Positions 56,961-64,000 of a stretch of 64,000 bases of DNA are shown piece by piece. A model generated the notes under the pieces. It ran no database searches. It was not told the DNA's origin and was given only the letters and a program-made list of their open reading frames with translations. Both the position numbers and the translations under genes were made by a program. The first letter of the stretch is position 1; every line of letters starts with the position of its first letter. The stretch lies in NCBI RefSeq assembly GCF_009914755.1, contig NC_060935.1, one strand, 5' to 3'. The stretch comes from the human T2T-CHM13v2.0 reference genome, Homo sapiens.

Positions 56961-58211
56961 AACAGCATTACCTCAATGACATTACTGTTATTTGGGGCAT
57001 CACACTTGACTAAATATATCCTCTGTCACACTGAACCTATAGCCAGATTCCTAGCTTACAGCCCTTAGCTTAAATATTGATCCTGGCAAATTTAGCAACT
57101 TGAAAGTCTGCTGTCAACATGCCCTTTGCTCTGTCCTGGAGGAGAATATTTCTTTCATATAGGGATACACCTTGAACCTGAACTAGACAATTACTGGGAT
57201 GCTGGTATTTCAGGACATATATCTGGGTGCGTAACTGGTGTATTTGAACTTTGCCTACCAGAAGTTTATTTGCATGAGGATCTCATGAGCATCTTGGGAG
57301 AAAACACTTCTCAAGAGAAGAAAGAGTTAGGCAGGCCAAGAAATAAAGTCTCAGTCACTGAAAAGAAGGAATAACTCTGAGTTTGATGTGGTATTAGTAC
57401 ATTGGATATCCCTCCAAGTCCAGCAAACCATGGAGTCCTCTATGTGAGCTTTACAAAAATGGTGAGTCGGCTATAAGGCCTGAAATGGAGAAGCATTAAT
57501 TAGAGGCTATTGGTGCTGTGATAATTACCAGACTGAATTCCTGGCTGCCACTTGTGCATGCAAGAGTGAAAAGGCAGCTCAGGCCTGGGGCCAGTGAGAG
57601 GATTAACTGGGGGAAAAGCCACTCATTCTCACAACAATCCAATGCCCCAGAGCCCATGGGATGAAAACTGTGACTTAAAATTCAGCATAGAACACAGAAT
57701 AAAAAAGATCAGAAGGGCATGAGATGAAGGAAGAACCGGGAAGAAGCAACAGGCACAAGAGTAGTTTCAGGACATAGAATTGGTACAAGTATCTCAGCTC
57801 CAAGGAGCTCACACCTCCTCTCTTTTCACCCAGTAGATTTACATTTCACTACGACTTGCCAGCATCACAGTCTCATGCTCCTCTCCATTTCTGCAGCAAG
57901 GTAGCTTATGAGCAAGAAGCTGTGGCAGCAAGTGCTGGGGCAGAAGGTCGTGCTGTGACAAACTAGTTTAACCACCCCCTCCCCATACACCCCCAACCAC
58001 TTTCAACATAGCCTGGTTCAGCCACTGAGGCTTGCTTAATTATAATTAACTCTCCTCATCTGCCTTACATGTCTTCCTTTTCCCCTTTCCTTTATCTTTA
58101 TTTTTAAGCCATGGTCAAATGCTTGTTTTTCAAAGTCTCTCTCCCTCCTACATGTTAAACAAGGTTAAACAAGAGGCAGGATGTGAAGTGCGCATTCTCA
58201 TATCTCCTAAG

Positions 58212-58251
58212 ATGACTCTTGAAAAATCAAGTATGACTCTTGAAAAATCAA
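58212..58251 (+). repeat. 21-bp-period tandem duplication
   Basis: ATGACTCTTGAAAAATCAA at 58212-58230 and 58233-58251. Confidence 0.95.
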
Positions 58252-59229
58252 TATTGCCATGAAAACTGTCAGGATTCCCTGCTCCAAATAATGAATAAAT
58301 GAAATGACTGGTCTAAAGATCAGCAACAAATTGGAGACAGAACAGAGGTGACTCTAAATATGTAATTTATCCCCTTAAACAAAAGGAAATTGATCTCTTA
58401 TTGAATTATATCCACTTGATACTGACAAAGTAACTTACTGTGTATTTAACATAGTAGAAATGCTAGATCAATAACAGATGGAGTCATATTGTGGCTTCTG
58501 GTCATAACTCCAGAGCATGAATGGACCCATATGTTTCTAAGCACCCTGGACAGTTCCTTTGCTCTCATCAGCTCTACCACTTGCATCTTCTCATTGGGAT
58601 AACTGCGTCATATTATCGCTACATGGGTTTTAAAATCCTGTGTCAGAAATCGTATTAACTGTCATTGGGCTCAAACTCCTTTATTGAGAGGTGAAGAAAT
58701 TAGGACCCAGAGGGGTATTACATTGTTCAAGGTCACTATCTAGTGCAGGAAAAAAATTTCAAGTCTCCTAAGTCTGATTCTGAAAGTCCTTTCTACAACA
58801 TACCGAGGTTTCCTAGCTTCCTCCTAATAATTATTTTTTAAAATAAGAGAAGCCAAGAAGCTTATCAGACTTTCAAGATATTTATTTGCCAGAGTTAACT
58901 TTCTCTCCTCTCTCACCCTTCGTAATCAGAAACCGTGATCCAGAAGGAACATGTATCATTCTTTCCATGTTTTCCATGCCTAGATGAGGTTTAAACTCTA
59001 TCTTATCTACTTATATATTTGCGTTTTTTAATATTTCTGTAGATAGTTGGGACATAAAGATGTCAGAAAACCAGTATTTCCAAGTAACGTGCCTCACATA
59101 CAGGAAATGGGAGCTTACATTCCCTTTAAGACATTATCATAGATGTACAAAAATATGATTGATTCAAAGTATTCTTAACATAATAATACATCTTTGAACG
59201 GTAATTGTGCCTTGATTTCCAGCACATAT

Positions 59230-59990
59230 TTCTATCAATAACTTCATTTTAAAATCACTAGGGCCTTCTGTTGTTGTTGCTTCTGAAAGCTGATACTAGA
59301 AGTGATGTACTCCAAGAAGCCCCTTTGAAAACTTTGTTATGTAATATTACTTACAACAATCCATCCTTTCCTTTCTGCATTACCACTGTATTGCCGATTT
59401 TCCTTCTGCGTCAGTTTTTGTTTATAAACATTAACGCATCACATTTTAGGCTCTGCTAAGGTGAAATGCTGTCAAAATAAATATACTTTTTCAAAACTCA
59501 TTTCCATTTCCTCTCTTCCCCAATTTCCTATTGCAATAAAGCTCTTCTTCTTTTTTGTTAATGTCCTTGATTTTGACATTGTTTTTCCTAACAGGCTTCG
59601 AAAATACCATCTTTACCAATGTGATTATTCTAGAACACATCTATTCTCAATTCTTATATTCTTACATATCTTTTTCCTAGCCCTGCCTTTCATCCTTTTT
59701 GGCCAACTAAAGAAGTCCTCCCACCACCCAACTTTTCACGTCATCTGTAACACTAAAACTATTTCAAGTTTTAACCGCTGCTAGAAAGAGGATTTTAACA
59801 ACCCATGATTTGCCACAGCCATACATTTTATTTGTATACCATCCTGTCCTTTATCTAGAACTAGACTGTCTATCATTTCTTCCTTCAATATGGTGTGGTC
59901 ATATTGCCAACAATACACATTTTGAGCATCAACCTTACTTAAGGACACAAAAGCTATGAAACATGTTGTATACCACTGAAAGCTACAGGC
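59230..59990 (-). mobile_element. Ancient CR1/L3 LINE reverse-transcriptase remnant
   Basis: Minus-strand fragments occur in CR1 order: FVSLSK...DHTILKEEM...LD (cf. YLDFSKAFD..SH.IL..KL..GLD), then VTDDVK (cf. FADDTK), then AAATGTGATGCG (cf. QQCDA), then TTGGAGTAC (cf. LEY). Confidence 0.5.
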
Positions 59991-60282
59991 AGTATGTGAT
60001 TCAGATGATGGATGCTCCATAATGGATAAAAGGTTCAGAGAAATTCTTCCGGGTCAGATCAAGCTGGAAATGGCAGTGAAGAAAGGGGAGAACATAGCCC
60101 ATTGGAAAGGAAGAGGAAAATTGTTCCACAGGTTATGCCTTGATTTAATAATTGGTTGTATAATATTGGTAGATATGTAAACATAATTCAATTAAAAAAG
60201 ACTTCCAAAAAATCTTTCTAAAAGACAAAAATATCATCTATTTATATGCACTGAAGCAAAAATTAAAAAACTTCTTTATATT

Positions 60283-60420
60283 AGCCGGAGGCGGTGGTGC
60301 ATGTTGTGAGCCCAGCTACTCAGGAGGCTTAGGCTGGAGAATCATTTGAGCCCAGGAGTTCAAGGCCAGCCTGAGCAATAGTAAGACCCTCATCTCAAAA
60401 AATAAATTAATTAAAATAAA
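60283..60420 (+). mobile_element. FLAM-type Alu monomer
   Basis: Single monomer ending GAGTTCAAGGCCAGCCTGAGCAATAGTAAGACCC plus an A tail; TSD-like CTTTATATT. Confidence 0.8.
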
Positions 60421-60851
60421 GATAGAGATAACTTTATATTAATTTTCTGAATATTAAAAACATAAGCAAAGTAATATATACTTGGCATATATTTATATAC
60501 TTTAATCAGTTTATTAGTCATAGCTGCCTCTAAAACTGTGTCAGGAGTATTTTTTTGAAGAATATATATTTTATTAAGTTAGTACTGTTATTTTTCAGTT
60601 TTTCCTTAAAGTTTTCTACAATCTGCTTAAAAGCTGAATTTTCATTTCATCAACTTGTAATTACTGGCATTATCAATTCTTCTTTTAGCCCATTTTACTT
60701 TTTATTGAGAAAACACTGTAAGTGCTTAGGGGAATTAAGAACAAATTCTGCTAAAGAGGGGATATTCTTAATTCTAATTTTTTTACAAGGAAATATGTAA
60801 GCATTTCAGCTCAAAGATTCTTAAAGTTTCTGCTTTTGGATTCCAACCAAA

Positions 60852-61183
60852 TTATTTTATTTTATTTTATTTTACTTTTTTACAAGATCTGGCTCTATCA
60901 CCCAGGCTGGAGTGAAGGAGTGCAATCTAGTCTCAATGCAACCTCTGCCTCCCAGGCTGAAACCACCCTCTCGCCTCAGCTTCCCGAGTAGCTAGGATGA
61001 CAGGCACGCACCACCACCCCCGGATAATTTTTGTTTTTGTTTTTGTTCTCACTTTCGTTTTCGTTTTGGTAGAGACGAGGGTTTTGCCATGTTACCCAGG
61101 CTGGTCTCGTAAGCTCAAGCGATCAGCCTGTCTCGGCCTCCCAAAGTGCTGGGACTACAGGTGGGAGCCAATGCACCCAGCCC
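60852..61183 (-). mobile_element. AluJ-type
   Basis: (TTTTA)n tail, diverged dimer and an expanded GTTTT linker. Confidence 0.9.
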
Positions 61184-61614
61184 AAATTACTTTATTTGAC
61201 AAATGTTTTATAGGCTCAAACCTTTCAAATAACATATCTCTATTTATAATTTTTCAATGTCTCACAGAATGTAAATGCTGTAAAATTATAAGTCATCTCA
61301 ACTTAATTCCATTCTTTTAGAGAATATAAGTGCATCTAATTAAAAATAAAAGTTCCATTTAAAAAATCTTCCCCCAAATAGGTATATTTCAAATTTCCAT
61401 TGAATTTCAGAATTAGAGCTTCTATTTGAGCTCTCAGTCTCATTTGACCAGGTAAGCCCCTGCATTTGTATTCAAAGTCAGTTCCTCTTCTGTATTTTTT
61501 ATTTTCAAGATATTTCTGCTTGCAAATTTTGTTTTTAGTAATTGCAGTTTTCTAAAATCTTCAAAAGGTAAAGTTTTGTTGTATGCAAATCATTTAAAGT
61601 TATGGTAAAATTTA

Positions 61615-61778
61615 AAAACTTAGCCAGGCATGGTGTCATATACCTGTAGTCCCAGATGCTCAGGAGGCTGAGTCAGGAAGACTGCTTGAGTCCAGGAGTT
61701 CAAGGCTGCAGTGAACTTTGATTAAACCAACACACTCCAACCTGGGCCACAAAAGTAGACCCTCTCTCAAAAAAAAAA
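61615..61778 (+). mobile_element. FRAM / AluJ right monomer
   Basis: TTAGCCAGGCATGGTG...GAGTTCAAGGCTGCAGTGAAC...poly(A). Confidence 0.85.
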
Positions 61779-63347
61779 TTTTTTTAATTAAAGAAAGATT
61801 CCCAAATGACTTGGACCAAAACACAATTAAATTTCAGAGAACTTATTTATAAAAAACCATGTAATAACTTTATAAGACATTCAGGTCAATTAATATAAAA
61901 TTTAAACATTTGTAAAATTGATGGCAGGTAGAAAAGGACATCTTTTTATTTATATTTTTTTATATTTAAAATTTATAACAAAAAATTTAAATTTACCTAT
62001 TAGCTCTAATGCTCTAAGGCATTCATTATATGTATCAAAAACTTTTCTTGTGCACATGAGAATAGTATTCCTTATATACCATCTTGGCAGAATTGAGAAA
62101 ATATCTCTCAAATAACATTTTTGTCTTCTGTCATTCAGATAAGAAACTTGGTAGAATATACTAATATAAAATTGGCAACATGTAACTGCTAGTGAATATT
62201 TTATTCTCTACATGGGGCCAACACAATAGTTGCTATTACTTTGGTTTTTGTATTATGCCTGCAGAAAAACTTGGAATTAAAAACAAAAAGAAATTAAATT
62301 GGAAGAACAGCCATTTAAAACCATACATGAAAAGTCAAGCTTCAAGCATTATACGTAAAAAGCACCTTCTAGAACTACAGATACTAAATTATTGTCTTCA
62401 GGTACCATCTTCTTAAAATAACTACTAATTTTCTAGGAGATGCTGATGCCACTTCAGCAGATTTGTGTGTTCTTGTTTCTATGTGGTCAGTGAGAGCACC
62501 ACAGCCTCCGGGGTAGATGGTGCCCCTGGACAAATACTTGGTGCAAGTTACAGAGTCATCACCAACTTTCTTGAGAATGAAAACTTAGTACTTAAACTGT
62601 TATTAAACAGGCATTTTGATTATTTTTTAACTTATTTCTGTCAAAAGGGTTTATTGCAAAAATAAAAAAGTATTACAAAGCAATGAAATAGTGGCTATAG
62701 ATCTATACCATACAATAAGTAGCAAAAATACCATAGCAAAATCATGCACACGACTCACTCCATTCTCTATACGCTGTAGAGTGTACAGGACTGCTTGGCT
62801 TCTATATCATGTCCGTCTAATAGAATTTCCCACCCTTGCGGTCGATCCTGCTGACTGGAAGCCTGACAGCCTCACACGTCTCTCAGGCCATGTCACAACT
62901 GGCTAGTGAAGCAAGGGTCCATGAGCACAGCAACTTCCAGAGCTTCTCCCAGCTCCACTCACGGCCAGAAAGAATTAGCTACCCCACACTGCTCGTATCT
63001 AAACACGCTTTATTATATCATTGAGCATCTGGCATTCCTCCCTTGAAATGGAAGCATTAATTAGCTGTATCCAGAAAGAGGGCCTTAACTACATGTCAAG
63101 CTGAGACCTCCTTTCACTATGTGTGAGTCTCATATAGACTAGAAGAGCTCACAGCAGAACCCTTGGGTACAAAGTGGAGGTCTCCCAAACTCAACCCAAC
63201 AATGTGGTCCTATCAGTTTAGTGCAACCATTAATACTAATGCTTTGTTAGAGAATAAAAAATCCAGAGCTAATGCTAAACTAGCTAGGATGCCGAGCAAA
63301 AGGCAAAACCTGGAGACTGTTGAAACTGAGACATATATCACTCCTAC

Positions 63348-63709
63348 TGTATTAGTCCATTTTCACATTGCTGATAAAGACACTCTCGAGACTGGGTAAT
63401 TTATAAAGAAAAAGAAGTTTAATGGACTTACAGTTCCATGTGGCTGGGGAGGCCTCACAATCATGGCAGGAGGTGAAAGTCACATCTTACATGGTACCAG
63501 ACAAGAGAGAATGAGAACCACGCAAAAAAAGCAATCCCTTATAAAAACCATGGATCTCATGTGACTTATTCACTACCACAAGAACAGTATGGGGGAAACC
63601 ACTCCCATGATTCAATTACCTCCCACTGGGTACCTCCCACAACACATGGGAATTATGGGAGCTACAATTCAAGATGAGGTTTGGGTGGGGACACAGAAAA
63701 ACCATATCA
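63348..63709 (-). mobile_element. THE1B-type solo LTR
   Basis: TGTATTAGTCCATTTTCAC...GCTGATAAAGAC...ACCATATCA; perfect 5-bp TSD CCTAC at 63343-63347 and 63710-63714. Confidence 0.93.
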
Positions 63710-64000
63710 CCTACCATAAGCAAACCACAAAAATACATTTTAAACAAAAATTTTCTTAAAATATTTAAATTTCTACATTATAATGTTCAGTAAAGATCAT
63801 GGTTTTTCTACATAGTTTCTCTACTTTAAAAAATGTCTCTGCTCAGATGAGACTTTGTGTATTCCAGATGGCTTTACAAAACATTAGGTTAAACCGAATG
63901 AAGTTGCCCTCTTTGTCATTCAGAAACAGTTGAGTATCACCAAGTTTGTACTGATAATCCTAATATTTAAAACAACCTATAGTTCAGAAGATATGTTGTT

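Larger units (their letters stand above)
60130..62986 (-). mobile_element. BLACKJACK-type hAT DNA transposon with decayed transposase, interrupted by FLAM, AluJ and FRAM
   Basis: Frameshifted minus-strand translation gives KCLFNNSLSTKFSF/LKKVGDDSVTCTKY...GG...DHIETRTHK (zinc-finger remnant), ISSYFKK...EGAF and KVIATIVLAP, then C-terminal LAEFVLNSP...VFS...IYSSKKYS*. Ends are approximate. Confidence 0.75.

Noticed and set aside
57481-63064. Similar 20-mers TGAAATGGA(GA)AGCATTAATTAG at ~57481 and ~63044
   Set aside because: The match is short, AT-rich and gapped, with no extension, so it cannot be distinguished from chance.

Overview
This is primate, almost certainly human, non-coding DNA. I find no protein-coding gene, RNA gene or CRISPR array. 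Supplied ORFs with recognisable products are Alu, MaLR, L1 or CR1 translations, and the rest look like chance frames. Identifiable repeats include about 14 Alu or Alu-monomer insertions, a full-length THE1D-type MaLR with intact 5-bp TSDs, solo LTRs, L1/L2/L3/MIR fragments and several DNA transposons, one of them a decayed BLACKJACK-type hAT whose transposase can still be read. From memory, 35805-35824 (GAGCCATGCTTGGCTTACGA + GGG PAM) is the guide for the GS94 T-cell knock-in site in the gene desert beyond the 3' end of ETS1 on chr11q24.3; this needs BLAT confirmation. Several repeat-poor blocks carry ETS/RUNX/AP-1/TCF/MEF2 motifs and look like enhancers. The most striking structure is a ~490-bp complex templated insertion (about 44135-44625) inside a MER58A. 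It is built from a direct copy of 42390-42616, an inverted copy of 43111-43299, and fold-back copies of its own breakpoint, which suggests a fossil germline multi-template-switch repair event. I see no support for a new gene-encoded system. Repeat subfamily calls and boundaries were made by eye against remembered consensus sequences and are approximate.
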